A stretch of DNA of 64,000 bases from Candidatus Cloacimonadales bacterium (GTDB lineage: Bacteria > Cloacimonadota > Cloacimonadia > Cloacimonadales > JAFGVF01), in assembly GCA_963667035.1 (NCBI GenBank), contig OY762964.1:2144001-2208000 (forward strand), in the 5' to 3' direction. This document shows, piece by piece, positions 1 to 10,459 of this stretch; within the stretch, counting starts at the first letter, position 1; every line of letters begins with the position of its first letter. The translations under genes were made by a program, and so were the position numbers. The notes beneath the pieces are model-generated. The model was given only the letters and a program-made list of their open reading frames with translations. It was not told where the DNA came from and ran no database searches.

Positions 1-1923
1 TCTCTTCTTTCTAATACTCATAGCAGGGAAAGGAAAAGTCGTATAATCAATCAATCTATTCCCCCCCAAAAAGAAGGAATTGTTATTCAATTTGTTATTT
101 TCTGTCGATAAACCAAGATTGAGCCCTAAATGCAAACTAATATTCCTATTTATTGGCACAGCACTTCTATTATTAACAATTAACCGTTGCACTTGATTCT
201 CGAAAGAACTGGTCATTCCTTCTATGAAACAATTCTCTAATCTTGTGTAAGTCCATCCACCTTTACGAGGGAAATATACATCATCTAAGAAATCCCTATG
301 AAGAATAAGGCTAATTTTATCTGTCTCTTTTTGATAATCAAATTTCTTTAAACTCCTGTTACTCTCAAGAAAGTTAATTTCATGACTGTATGTTAAAAAA
401 GCTGAAAACACATTACTTAATAATAATGTTGGACCACAATATAAGTACAGCTTCGATAAGTAATTGGAATCACCGACTCTTTTATAATCATTATAACTGT
501 AAATCTCACTCACATTTAAAGATACCCCGGCTACTATCCCTACGCCTGAATTCCAACCACTAAGAAACATGTGATTAACATCAATTTCCGCCTTTGGATT
601 TAATCTGGCAGAGAGGTTTAAGCTCGATCCTCTCTTCAATAAATTGTTGATGTTTATCTGTAGAAGAACTGATGCATAATCCTCTGAGTTAAAGTTACCT
701 CCTAAAGAGACATAGTTGCTTTCTTTCTCTTTAAGTCTTATCTCAAGCTCATATCCATCTCCCTCCTCTCTTGAGAGTAATCTGTAATGTATCTGTTCAA
801 AGCTCTTAGTTGAGACGAGTCGTTGTATTGAATCTTCAATTTTTTGTATTTGAACAACAGATGGAATACGAATATTCATCCATCCTCTAACGGCATAAGA
901 AGGGATATTTTCCAAACCTACAACACGAATCCTCTTAATTAAAAACTCTTTCTTACCTCTGGGAGGAAATACGACATCTTCCCTATTGTAATCGTGCATT
1001 ATACATGAAAGAGCAGTTAACTCATCACTATGTTGGCGAGTTGCATACTCTCCAATATTATAAATATCTCGCAGTTTATCAAATGACATTATGGTATAAT
1101 CTGTTAGAGACGGAGTAATAAGAATATCACATGATTTTCTTTGTTCCTCAGTTGATGCATATCCACGATAAGATATTGCTTGGTTAATAACTGAGACCAT
1201 ATTATTAAGTTGATCTCTGGTAGCTATTGATGAAGAGATATCGACTCCAATGATTATTTCTGCTCCCATTTGTCTTACTTGATTAACAGGAAAATTATTT
1301 ACCAATCCCCCATCTAATAAGCGATAGTTCTCCCACTCTGATGGTGAAAAGACTGAAGGAATAGACATTGAACTTCTGATTGCTTCCGATAGAACTCCAT
1401 GATCCATAACGATTGGTTCTCCTGTTTCAATATCTGTTCCAATACAAGCAAATGGAATTGGAAGCTCACTAAAATCAGTAATATTGTGTACAGGTATTGT
1501 TAAAGATGATAGTAAAGTTATGATGTTCTGCCCATTGATAAATCCTGTTGGGAGTATTATCTTGCCATCTTTGAAAGGGAAGCTTAACTGATATTTATCT
1601 CCATTCTCCAACTCCATGAATGATTGATTCTGCCTATCGCGTTTATCTGTCATCAAAGATTGCCAGTCTTGAGAGAAAACTATTTCTTCAAGCTCTTGGG
1701 CTGTATAACCAATAGAATACAATGCACCTATAATAGCACCCATACTTGTTCCGGTTATGTAATCAGGTCTAATGCCGTGTTCTTCTAGAACTTTTAAAAC
1801 ACCAACATGTGCAATACCTTTAGCTCCTCCACCACTTAACACTAAACCTATCTTAGGTCTTTCATTAGCAAAAAGGCAAAAAACTAAAGTTATAAGGATT
1901 GTAATACCAATAAGCTTTTTCAA
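1..1923 (-). CDS. Patatin-like phospholipase with POTRA and probable C-terminal beta-barrel (PlpD/type Vd-like); runs off the window's left edge
   Basis: Not in ORF track. Manual minus-strand translation from TTG at 1923 (GGAG upstream): signal peptide, LVLSGGGAKGIAHVGV, GTSMG, LLDGGL, then POTRA-like IRVVGLENIP...FEQIHYRL and alternating beta strands. Confidence 0.85.
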   Translation of the reverse strand, partial: MKKLIGITILITLVFCLFANERPKIGLVLSGGGAKGIAHVGVLKVLEEHGIRPDYITGTSMGAIIGALYSIGYTAQELEEIVFSQDWQSLMTDKRDRQNQSFMELENGDKYQLSFPFKDGKIILPTGFINGQNIITLLSSLTIPVHNITDFSELPIPFACIGTDIETGEPIVMDHGVLSEAIRSSMSIPSVFSPSEWENYRLLDGGLVNNFPVNQVRQMGAEIIIGVDISSSIATRDQLNNMVSVINQAISYRGYASTEEQRKSCDILITPSLTDYTIMSFDKLRDIYNIGEYATRQHSDELTALSCIMHDYNREDVVFPPRGKKEFLIKRIRVVGLENIPSYAVRGWMNIRIPSVVQIQKIEDSIQRLVSTKSFEQIHYRLLSREEGDGYELEIRLKEKESNYVSLGGNFNSEDYASVLLQININNLLKRGSSLNLSARLNPKAEIDVNHMFLSGWNSGVGIVAGVSLNVSEIYSYNDYKRVGDSNYLSKLYLYCGPTLLLSNVFSAFLTYSHEINFLESNRSLKKFDYQKETDKISLILHRDFLDDVYFPRKGGWTYTRLENCFIEGMTSSFENQVQRLIVNNRSAVPINRNISLHLGLNLGLSTENNKLNNNSFFLGGNRLIDYTTFPFPAMSIRKKR

Positions 1924-1942
1924 TTCTTCTCCAGACAAAAAT

Positions 1943-1970
1943 ATAGGGGAGGAGATATACCCTCCCCTAT
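1943..1970 (-). terminator. Intrinsic terminator after RND operon
   Basis: ATAGGGGAGG-N8-CCTCCCCTAT hairpin followed by a T-tract on the minus strand. Confidence 0.75.
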
Positions 1971-1979
1971 TGAATTCTA

Positions 1980-4900
1980 TTATTTCTCATGCCTTCTATG
2001 CATAATGTAGTACAATCCAGGAATCATAAATAGAGTCAGAACTGTAGATGTCATCATACCGCCAATCTGTATAATTGCCATTGGGATACGATACTCAGCA
2101 CCGGCAGTACCTATACCAAGAGCCATAGGCAACATACCTAATTGTATGGCGAGAGTTGTCATGATAACTGTTTTCATCTTGGTTGGAGCAGCAATAAGAA
2201 TAGCTTCTTTCAAAGATATCTTCTCTTTTTCTTGTACCTGATTAGTATAATCAAGAATAAGAATCGCATCATTCACAACCAAACCAATAAGCATGATAAT
2301 CGACATCATTGATATGATATTCATTGATTGTCCGCTTAAATACATTAATATAAACACACCGATAGTAGCTAACGGTAATGAAACAAGAATAATAAACGGT
2401 CTTGTAAAACTTTCAAGTAATGAAGCAAGCAACATATACACTAGAACAACAGCAATAATGAAGGCAAAAACAAAATCAAACATTGCCTCTTCCATCATTT
2501 CGGCTTGTCCACCCCATGTAATGGTTGTACCTCGAGGTAACTCAATTTCATCTAGTCTCTTGTTTAACTCGGAAACAATCTCTCCAAGTGGAACACCCGG
2601 AGCAGGTGAAGCAGTAAAAGCTACTGAGTTCACTTTATCTCTGTGACGTATCTGAGTAGGTCCTTCTTCAAAAGTTATATCTGCTAACTGAGAAACGGTA
2701 TATGTTCCTGTAGGAGTTAGAACTGTTAAGTTCTCCACTTCTTCGGGAGTATCAATAGCTTCATCTTTTAGCGATACCCTTATGTCATATTCCAAACCAT
2801 TGTCCCTATATACAGTAGGAGTTACACCTTCTGCTGCATTTCTAAGAAACATACCTAGCTCATAAGCAGTTAAACCGGCTTCAGCTAGTTCCTTCCTTTT
2901 CGGATGTAACACCAGTTCAGGCATACCTGATCTTAAACTTGTATCAAAGTTTATCATCCCCGGAACTGTTTCAATCTTCTCTTTTACTATTGGTCCAAGA
3001 GTTTCCACTACTTCACGAGAAGAGTGTTTAACGTAGATTTCAATAGGTGATCCACCCTCTTCGTCACCGGTAGAAACAGAGATGATAGCATTGGGAACAT
3101 CAGAGAGCTCTTTAATAATCAGCTTAATGAAATTATATGTCTTGATTTCTCTTTCTTGAGCATCAACCATAATCGCAGTTAATTTACTTATATGAGTTCC
3201 GGTATCATTTCCCAATGTTGTTAGCACCATCTCAACTTCCGGATGAGCAGTAATACGTTGTTCAATATCTTCCATGACATCAGCAGATTGTGTAAGAGAA
3301 TATCCTTGAGGTAACTCAACAGAAACATTGAAACTTCCTTCATCCATATCAGGGAAGAATGAGAACCCTATTTTAGGTGCAATTCCAAAGAGGACTATAA
3401 AGAATATTACAAAAACGGTTACTGTTAAAAGCAACGGATTTCTCTTTCTTGACAGCAATTTTGCCAACACTCCATGATACCAGTTTTGTATATTCTCAAG
3501 TACTCTTTCCATGAAGCTACCAAATTTAGTTCTCTTTTCTTCTTTAGGAATCATCACAGAAGCTAACATCGGTGTTAAAGTAAAAGACATTAATAGTGAG
3601 AATACAGTAGCTACAGAGACAGTTAAAGCAAATTCTCTAAAAAACATTCCAACCATTGAAGACATGTTAGCAATTGGCAAGAACACAACAAGATTCGTTG
3701 CCGTTGAGGCCATAACCGCAGCAGTTACTTCAGCTGCTCCCACTCGAGCCGCTTCAGCTCTGTGTCCTAACAGACGTTTATGTCTGAATATGTTTTCCAA
3801 CACCACAATTGAGTTGGAAACCAGCACACCCACAGCGGTTGACAATCCCATCAATGTCATCATGTTTATCGAAAATCCAAAGTAGCTCAAAACCATAAAG
3901 GATGAGATTATAGAAGTAGGCATTGAAAGAGCAATAATCAATGTAGATCTTATATCATGTAAGAATACATAGAGAATAATTCCGGTAAGAATAATACCAA
4001 GTAAAAGATTTACAAATGTGTCCTTAATTGAACTTTTAATAAACTCGGAATCATCAAAGAAGAGCTGAATGTTCACACCATCCGGTAACTCATCTTGAAG
4101 TACCGGAATCATCTCTTTAACATTTTTTGCAATTGAAACCGTGTTTCCGTCCGAAGACTTGATTATACCAAGCTTGATAACATTAGGATCTTTCACTTTT
4201 GTCTTTGAATTAAAATAGATGGAACGCTTTGTTACTTCTTTTATTGTATCATCTACTTCAGCGAGCTCTTTGACCTTCTTATTACCCATAGCTGTCGGAA
4301 TAATCAATTCTTTGATTTCTTCCACTTTACTAAATTCGGCATCTGTTCTTAAGGCATATTCTCTGATCTCTCTTGTAAAATGTCCTCCAGACAAATCCAA
4401 GTTACTAGCTGCCAAGTATGAAGCAAACTGGTCAAGTGTCAGATGATTCTGGAAAAGAATACGGTCGGTTGTCTTAACTTGAATCTCTCTTTCTTGTCCA
4501 CCGGATAACTCAACGGAGGCAACACCTTCTACTTGGTAGAACCTATCTTTAACATAATTTTCTGCTAGGTCATACAACTCGGTTTCAGAAACATCTCCAC
4601 TGAGAATAAGCTGAACAATAGGCTCTGCACCAAACTCAAACTTTTCTACTGTTGGAGATTCTGCTTCATCAGGTAACTGACTTAGAATCGTGTTAATCTT
4701 GTCCTTTACTTCCTGACTAGCTAGATCCACATCTTTATCCATATTAAATTTAAGCACAATCATGGATACACTATCCATAGAATATGACTCTACGAAATCA
4801 AGCCCACTAACAGTAGATAGAACCTCTTCTATCTTTTCCGACACTTGAGTCTCAATTTCAGAAGGACCTGCTCCCGGATATATTGTTCTAACCAATATAT

Positions 4901-5030
4901 ATGGGATGTTTACATCCGGCATTAATGATACGGGTAGATTAAGCATTGCTATTATACCAAAGAGTAAAAAAGCAACGATAATCATCGTAGTCATTACCGG
5001 TTTCTTTGTTGATAAATTAGATAAAAACAT
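1980..5030 (-). CDS. RND efflux permease (AcrB/AcrD/AcrF family)
   Basis: 1016 aa; YPGAGPSEIE, NSIVVLENIFRH, GLVVNDAILILD; 12-TM pattern. Confidence 0.95.
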   Translation of the reverse strand: MFLSNLSTKKPVMTTMIIVAFLLFGIIAMLNLPVSLMPDVNIPYILVRTIYPGAGPSEIETQVSEKIEEVLSTVSGLDFVESYSMDSVSMIVLKFNMDKDVDLASQEVKDKINTILSQLPDEAESPTVEKFEFGAEPIVQLILSGDVSETELYDLAENYVKDRFYQVEGVASVELSGGQEREIQVKTTDRILFQNHLTLDQFASYLAASNLDLSGGHFTREIREYALRTDAEFSKVEEIKELIIPTAMGNKKVKELAEVDDTIKEVTKRSIYFNSKTKVKDPNVIKLGIIKSSDGNTVSIAKNVKEMIPVLQDELPDGVNIQLFFDDSEFIKSSIKDTFVNLLLGIILTGIILYVFLHDIRSTLIIALSMPTSIISSFMVLSYFGFSINMMTLMGLSTAVGVLVSNSIVVLENIFRHKRLLGHRAEAARVGAAEVTAAVMASTATNLVVFLPIANMSSMVGMFFREFALTVSVATVFSLLMSFTLTPMLASVMIPKEEKRTKFGSFMERVLENIQNWYHGVLAKLLSRKRNPLLLTVTVFVIFFIVLFGIAPKIGFSFFPDMDEGSFNVSVELPQGYSLTQSADVMEDIEQRITAHPEVEMVLTTLGNDTGTHISKLTAIMVDAQEREIKTYNFIKLIIKELSDVPNAIISVSTGDEEGGSPIEIYVKHSSREVVETLGPIVKEKIETVPGMINFDTSLRSGMPELVLHPKRKELAEAGLTAYELGMFLRNAAEGVTPTVYRDNGLEYDIRVSLKDEAIDTPEEVENLTVLTPTGTYTVSQLADITFEEGPTQIRHRDKVNSVAFTASPAPGVPLGEIVSELNKRLDEIELPRGTTITWGGQAEMMEEAMFDFVFAFIIAVVLVYMLLASLLESFTRPFIILVSLPLATIGVFILMYLSGQSMNIISMMSIIMLIGLVVNDAILILDYTNQVQEKEKISLKEAILIAAPTKMKTVIMTTLAIQLGMLPMALGIGTAGAEYRIPMAIIQIGGMMTSTVLTLFMIPGLYYIMHRRHEK

Positions 5031-5039
5031 CTATATTCC

Positions 5040-6071
5040 TCAATTTAAAACTTTAAGCTTGCTACCTTCTTTTACTCGATTGTAGCCTTTAGTTATAAGC
5101 ATATCTCCGGCTTTTAAACCTTTAAGAACTTCTACTTTCAAATCATTAACAATACCGAGTTCCAGAGTTCTCTTTTCTGCAGTACCATTGTTATCTACCC
5201 AAGTTGTCACATTGTCACCTGTTCCTAATATGTATACCCTATCCAGAGCAATAATATTCTTTTTACTGGATAAAGTTAAACTAACATCAGTTGTTACTCC
5301 ACCCTTAATTTTGTATCCCGCATTATCAAATTCTATTTCAGTTCTGAATGCTTTATGACTAGGATTCATGTTCAATGCAACAGCTGTAACACTACCATTG
5401 ATTGTGTTACCTCTCCATTCAGCTTTTGCTCGAAGTCCTTTTTTTACTAAACTGATATCATCTTCATTCACCCACACTTCCGCTTTTAACCTTGATAATT
5501 CGGAAATAGTGAATAGATTATCATCTGGGAATACTCTATCGGATTCGTTTACAAAAATCTCTGTAATAACACCTGATATAGGAGCTTTTACTTCAACCAT
5601 ATCAGTAGCCATATCAAGAGTAGCTCTCAGTACATCTACTTGGGTTTCAAGTTGATTTACTTCTTGCTCTGAAACACCACCCTCTTCTAATACACTCCTC
5701 ATTCTATTCACAGTCTGTAGAGCATCATCGTATTGAGATTTGGTTTGTCTGTATTGTGCCATCGCAGTATCATTAGGGAAACTGAGAACAACAGTATCTT
5801 TTTCTACATAATCACCAATTTTATAGTGGATTCTTTCAACTTGGTCAGACACTTTGCTTATCTGAGTGATTTCTCTAACACCTTCCATAGTTGTGAAGAA
5901 AGTCCTGGTTTTAACTAAATCGCTCTTTTCAATAGTCTGCACTTCTACAGGAATACCCTCTTCTCTATATATATCTTCCATTGATTTTGTCTCTACCACT
6001 TCTTTCTTACCACAACCTAGAAACATGAGTGTGCTGATAAGAACCAGTGTAATCAATATATTTCTTTTCAT
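5040..6071 (-). CDS. RND periplasmic adaptor (MFP), lipoprotein
   Basis: Lipobox FLGC; APISGVI; GLKAGD end; start moved to ATG 6071 after AAGGAG. Confidence 0.9.
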   Translation of the reverse strand: MKRNILITLVLISTLMFLGCGKKEVVETKSMEDIYREEGIPVEVQTIEKSDLVKTRTFFTTMEGVREITQISKVSDQVERIHYKIGDYVEKDTVVLSFPNDTAMAQYRQTKSQYDDALQTVNRMRSVLEEGGVSEQEVNQLETQVDVLRATLDMATDMVEVKAPISGVITEIFVNESDRVFPDDNLFTISELSRLKAEVWVNEDDISLVKKGLRAKAEWRGNTINGSVTAVALNMNPSHKAFRTEIEFDNAGYKIKGGVTTDVSLTLSSKKNIIALDRVYILGTGDNVTTWVDNNGTAEKRTLELGIVNDLKVEVLKGLKAGDMLITKGYNRVKEGSKLKVLN

Positions 6072-6081
6072 TATTTCTCCT

Positions 6082-7362
6082 TTATAAATCTCTTCCAATA
6101 GCCTTCATAAGATTCAACCAGTTAATTTTAGCTTTATATACAGCATTCAAATAACTGATTTTTGTACTCTTCCATGTTAGTTGAGAGTCACTAACTTCCA
6201 ATTGCGTCCCCAAACTATTCTGATAACGTGTTTCAGCTATATTAAGTGCTTTCTGTGCCAGATTTACGTTCTTTTCCTCAGCCTTCAGTTTTTGTAAACT
6301 CGCCTGATAGCTCTTATAAGCACTAGTTATCTCTAGCTCTATCTTGTTTCTAGTATCATGTTCCGTTATAAGAGCATTCTTATATGCGTATCTGGCTGAT
6401 TTCTTCTCATAGTGATTGGTAAGACCTTTAAAAATTGGTAGCTGGAACGAAATCCCCCAATTGTAGGTGTCTCCGAAATCATCTCCTTCTACTCCATATT
6501 TATCTGATAACGCATAATGAGTGTATCCTGCAGAAGCCTGTATATTAGGCAGAAAGTATAAACTTTCATTCTTATAATTAATTTCCTGCATCTCCCGACT
6601 CAATGCTACAACCTTAAGTTCACCTCTACTATTTGCTCCTTCTTCAATAGCCGATTCAAGAGACAATAGACCTGATTGGGAAAAACTAATCTCACCCTCA
6701 AGCTCTAACTCCCCTTCATTCCAGCCAATGAAATCTTTTAAGCTCTCTTTAGCTAAGACTACATTTTTCTCAGCTTCTGTCACATCAGGCTCCAGTCTTG
6801 ATACTGATAACTCAGCATTTAATAGGTCATACTCGCTGACCAGCTTCTGTTCATACATCACTTGAACCTGATTGTAATGCTTCACGGCAACTTCAAGAGC
6901 TTCCCTTTGAATTGCAAGTAACTCTTCTGCTAACAAAACACTATCAAAAGCTTCATATGTATTGAATATTACATTATCTTCAGTAACTCCTACATTAGTA
7001 TTCTGCAAATCTGTATATACCCTAGCAGCTCTTAAACCTAAGAATACAGAAGATGAAAACAGAATTTGACTTGCTTGTACTCCTGCAGCCAAACTTGTTT
7101 CTTTTTGTTCATCCATCCCATACTGCACGGTTTGATTATCCGATAGCATAGTTGTTTTTTGTTTATACTCTCCGACAGCATCAATCTGAGGATACAATAT
7201 CCCCTTTGTTCCTCTATAATCCGCATAAGCCATCTCTTTGTCATTCAGAGAGGTTTGCATGTCAGGATTATTATCCAATGCCATTTTTATTGCATCTTCA
7301 ATTGTTAATGCCTCGAGTAATACAGGTAGTAGTATTACCCATATTATCAGAAAACGTCTCAT
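6082..7362 (-). CDS. TolC-family outer membrane efflux protein
   Basis: LTIEDAIKMALDNNP, RYQNSLGTQLEV; start moved to ATG 7362 after GGAGG. Confidence 0.9.
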   Translation of the reverse strand: MRRFLIIWVILLPVLLEALTIEDAIKMALDNNPDMQTSLNDKEMAYADYRGTKGILYPQIDAVGEYKQKTTMLSDNQTVQYGMDEQKETSLAAGVQASQILFSSSVFLGLRAARVYTDLQNTNVGVTEDNVIFNTYEAFDSVLLAEELLAIQREALEVAVKHYNQVQVMYEQKLVSEYDLLNAELSVSRLEPDVTEAEKNVVLAKESLKDFIGWNEGELELEGEISFSQSGLLSLESAIEEGANSRGELKVVALSREMQEINYKNESLYFLPNIQASAGYTHYALSDKYGVEGDDFGDTYNWGISFQLPIFKGLTNHYEKKSARYAYKNALITEHDTRNKIELEITSAYKSYQASLQKLKAEEKNVNLAQKALNIAETRYQNSLGTQLEVSDSQLTWKSTKISYLNAVYKAKINWLNLMKAIGRDL

Positions 7363-7420
7363 TTTTCCTCCAAATCCATTTCTATATTTATATTCTCTCA
7401 AAGTAGTCATTATTGTCATA

Positions 7421-8026
7421 TTACTCCTTAAACAGGATGTTCTTAAACGTTAAGTTGAGGAAAGTCTCTCCCCAATCAGCTATATTTACTATTGACGGTA
7501 GTTCGAATGATCCCCAAATTAAACCGGCCATAACATTATTCAGGTAGAAGTTATACTGTTTAGGAGTCATCTCATCTTTAAACTCTCCTAACTTTATGCC
7601 TTCTTCAATAATATCTGTGAAGTTCAGGAATTTCTTCTTTGTCTTTTTTTGCTCTTCGTTAAGGTGAATCTCTCGCATTTCTATCTTGCTAACCGCAATC
7701 TCAATAGCCATGTGTACATTCTTACTATTAAGAATCTTATCAAGCATCGCCAGATAAATTGTTTTAATCTTCTCCTTAGGTGACATTTGCTTGTTTCTAT
7801 AATAATCAATTAGCAAGATGACATCACCGATATTCTCTGTAAGCATTGCTCTAAACAGTGCTTCCTTACTCTCAAAGTGCCAATATAAAGCACCTTTAGT
7901 AACTCCTGCCTCATCGCAAATATCCTTGATTGAAGTAGCGTTATAACCTTGTTTGTAAAACACCTTCAAAGCAGAATCAAGAATAATCTGACGTGTTATC
8001 ATTGCTTCTTCTTTTGTTCTTCTCAT
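7421..8026 (-). CDS. TetR/AcrR family regulator
   Basis: MRRTKEEA...AGVTKGALYWHFESKE HTH; heads the efflux operon. Confidence 0.95.
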   Translation of the reverse strand: MRRTKEEAMITRQIILDSALKVFYKQGYNATSIKDICDEAGVTKGALYWHFESKEALFRAMLTENIGDVILLIDYYRNKQMSPKEKIKTIYLAMLDKILNSKNVHMAIEIAVSKIEMREIHLNEEQKKTKKKFLNFTDIIEEGIKLGEFKDEMTPKQYNFYLNNVMAGLIWGSFELPSIVNIADWGETFLNLTFKNILFKE

Positions 8027-8036
8027 AGCACCTTCT

Positions 8037-8054
8037 ATACAAACCTTTCAGTAT
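8037..8054. promoter_or_regulatory. Putative TetR operator 1
   Basis: ATAC-AAACCTTTCA-GTAT, 11 bp upstream of the tetR start; similar copy at 8229. Confidence 0.5.
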
Positions 8055-8228
8055 CTTTTTAATTAATATGCTAGCTTTTAGTTAATTAGCACAGCTTATT
8101 GTCACACTAAAAGCGAACAATTTGTGTTTTTGTTCGTCTTTAAACTCATATCCGGATTATCAATATCCCTTCTTAACATACTATTAATAAAGGATGTTAC
8201 AAACTATCCAATCATGTGTATTCAGCTT

Positions 8229-8246
8229 TTACAAACCGTTTGGTAT
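8229..8246. promoter_or_regulatory. Putative TetR operator 2 overlapping the promoter
   Basis: TTAC-AAACCGTTTG-GTAT just downstream of a minus-strand TTGACA (~8256-8261). Confidence 0.5.
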
Positions 8247-8324
8247 GCTTCAAATTGTCAACATTATTTATTAAATATACTCAAGAATTAATCGGTCACA
8301 ATATAGTTTATAGATATATTCCAT

Positions 8325-8348
8325 AAAAAAGAGCTCACTAATGAGCTC
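8325..8348 (-). terminator. Terminator after mscS-like gene
   Basis: GAGCTCA-N4-TGAGCTC hairpin with T-tract on the minus strand. Confidence 0.6.
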
Positions 8349-8386
8349 ATATTAAATACTTTATGAATAACATTCAACTGTTAGCA

Positions 8387-9205
8387 CTATTGCTTTATTT
8401 TCAGTTCTTTTTCTCCTAACCAAATAACACTTTGAGGGAAAGCAATTTCAATCTCATTCTCCTCCAGAACTTTTTTTATCTCCCAGAGCATCTTCATCTT
8501 TAACTGATACCATTCGGACACAGGACCCCAAATCATAACTGTTATATCAACAGAACTGTCATTCAGTTCACTAACAAAGACTACCGGTTCCGGATTGTGC
8601 AAAGCAAAAGGCTCGTTATCAATCAATTCCTTGATAATTCTAATAGCTTTATCAGCATCATCCTGATATCTAATCCCTACTTTATAGTTAAATCTTCTTG
8701 CAACATTGCTAACATAATTAGTTATACTTGAAGTAAACACTTTTTCATTAGGAATTCTTATATCAAGCCCATCCCAAGTGCGTATTTTAGTAGATATTAT
8801 CTTAATATCTTCAACAATGCCCACCGTTCCGTTAACCTCTACAGCATTACCTATTTTCATAGGTCTCTCCATCATTAAGAACAAGCCTGACACCAAGTTG
8901 CCGACGATACTCTGACTTGCAAAACCTATAACAATACCTAAAATACCTCCTGCTACAAGCAATCCGGATAACTCAATCCCCAAAAGACCCAACAACCAAC
9001 TTGCAACTATTGTAAACAAGCTATATGTTACTATCTTTATTATCAGTTCCAGATGGTCTTTGTTCATCTTGGTTTTAAGACTCTTTCTAAGATAGAATGA
9101 TAACAGATTGGATATAATTCTCAAACCGAGAAGGATAGCCATCATTACCAGAAGCTTTTTTACAGTAACATTAGCAAAAAGCACTTTATCAAGAATATCA
9201 AGCAT
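8387..9205 (-). CDS. Small-conductance mechanosensitive channel (MscS family)
   Basis: GIVIGFASQSIVGNLVSG, IPNEKV, IEIAFPQ. Confidence 0.92.
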   Translation of the reverse strand: MLDILDKVLFANVTVKKLLVMMAILLGLRIISNLLSFYLRKSLKTKMNKDHLELIIKIVTYSLFTIVASWLLGLLGIELSGLLVAGGILGIVIGFASQSIVGNLVSGLFLMMERPMKIGNAVEVNGTVGIVEDIKIISTKIRTWDGLDIRIPNEKVFTSSITNYVSNVARRFNYKVGIRYQDDADKAIRIIKELIDNEPFALHNPEPVVFVSELNDSSVDITVMIWGPVSEWYQLKMKMLWEIKKVLEENEIEIAFPQSVIWLGEKELKIKQ

Positions 9206-9933
9206 TAGAAACCTTCCATCATTACAGTCTTAGGGGATGTAACAGACAACTTTTTCATTGTTACCAGCTCTAGTGATTTTCTCATGTTTGCTTCCAAGGG
9301 TGATTTCTGAAATTCTGTTTCGGCAATTTCTTCTTCAGCCAGTTTCATTAAAGCTCTCATTGCAACAAGATTTTCATTATAATAAATCTTCATACCAAGG
9401 GCTTTAAACAGTGCCCTATTCATGGATACCCATGTAGTTGTATTGTTTCTAATTGTCAGTTCTATTACTCCTTCATAGAGTGGATTAACTTCCGGTCTAG
9501 ACATAAATATCTGACTCTTCCAATGTTTACAAATCGTTCCATTGCTAGGGTCCCCGTAAAGAGTAAACTTTTGCTTACTAAATGAAAATACATCGAGGAG
9601 TTCATAATCTCGTTTCTTTGAGACAAAGACACCAATCTCAACAGGGAATGTAATGAATATCTTATGATTCATTCCCGGTTTCACAGAGATTGTACGGTCA
9701 AACTCAATCAATAAAAAAGAAGTAATATTCTTAGGAGTGAATAATGGCTCTACCGGATTAATAACTACTTTAGATTGATCTGCTAAAAGGAGCTTACTTA
9801 CGGTTTCTCCTTCAGATTTCCTACAGTAGCTATAGCTATCCAACTCTTTAAGAACTTCTATCTGCACAAGTTCGTTCTCAATTTTCAAGGGTAACTTATA
9901 ATCACCAAACATTGTATCCTCATAATGTTGCAT
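9205..9933 (-). CDS. DUF432-like protein
   Basis: INPVEP, ITFPVEIGVF, KFTLYGDPSNGTICKHWKS; coupled to mscS. Confidence 0.7.
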   Translation of the reverse strand: MQHYEDTMFGDYKLPLKIENELVQIEVLKELDSYSYCRKSEGETVSKLLLADQSKVVINPVEPLFTPKNITSFLLIEFDRTISVKPGMNHKIFITFPVEIGVFVSKKRDYELLDVFSFSKQKFTLYGDPSNGTICKHWKSQIFMSRPEVNPLYEGVIELTIRNNTTTWVSMNRALFKALGMKIYYNENLVAMRALMKLAEEEIAETEFQKSPLEANMRKSLELVTMKKLSVTSPKTVMMEGF

Positions 9934-10113
9934 TTTGTATATATTATCTGATTATTGTTTTTATGCTAATTGAATATTGATTGTTATTATCTACAATCTA
10001 TCCTGAATAATAGTCTTCTGAACTCTTAAGAATGGTCAAGTTATTAAGGATATAAGAATTGATATGATTAAGATAACCTAATCATCTTGTATAATATGTA
10101 AATCGAATTTAAA

Positions 10114-10290
10114 CTACTTCATTAAAATAGTTTTAACAGGCTTAGCAACATTACCACTTTGAAGTTTTATGAAATAAATTCCTGTTGAGCTTAGACTTCC
10201 GCTCTTATCGGAACCATTCCAAATCACTGTGTGCTGTCCGCGTGTCAAGTCGTCATCTAACAGTGTATTCACTTTTTTCCCCTTATATTA
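10114..10290 (-). pseudogene. Orphan remnant of a FlgD-Ig/secretion C-terminal sorting domain
   Basis: Manual translation KGKKVNTLLDDDLTRGQHTVIWNGSDKSGSLSSTGIYFIKLQSGNVAKPVKTILMK* parallels the C-terminus of 36978..40241; an in-frame stop lies just upstream. Confidence 0.75.
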
Positions 10291-10459
10291 TCTCTAAACA
10301 ATCTTTGTCACAATCTTCTAACGAATAAGCAGATTTAGGTTACAGTATAATTTCATGAATGCTAAATCTTCACATTGTAACAGATTAGTTTGCCGGATAC
10401 AATATAATTGTCAAGTTTATTTCAGCTATATCCCCTTAAAGTTATAATTCAACTCGTTT

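Noticed and set aside
1772..5918. Short plus-strand ORFs antisense to the patatin and RND genes (and similar shadows across the window)
   Set aside because: Overlap well-supported genes on the opposite strand and have no motifs
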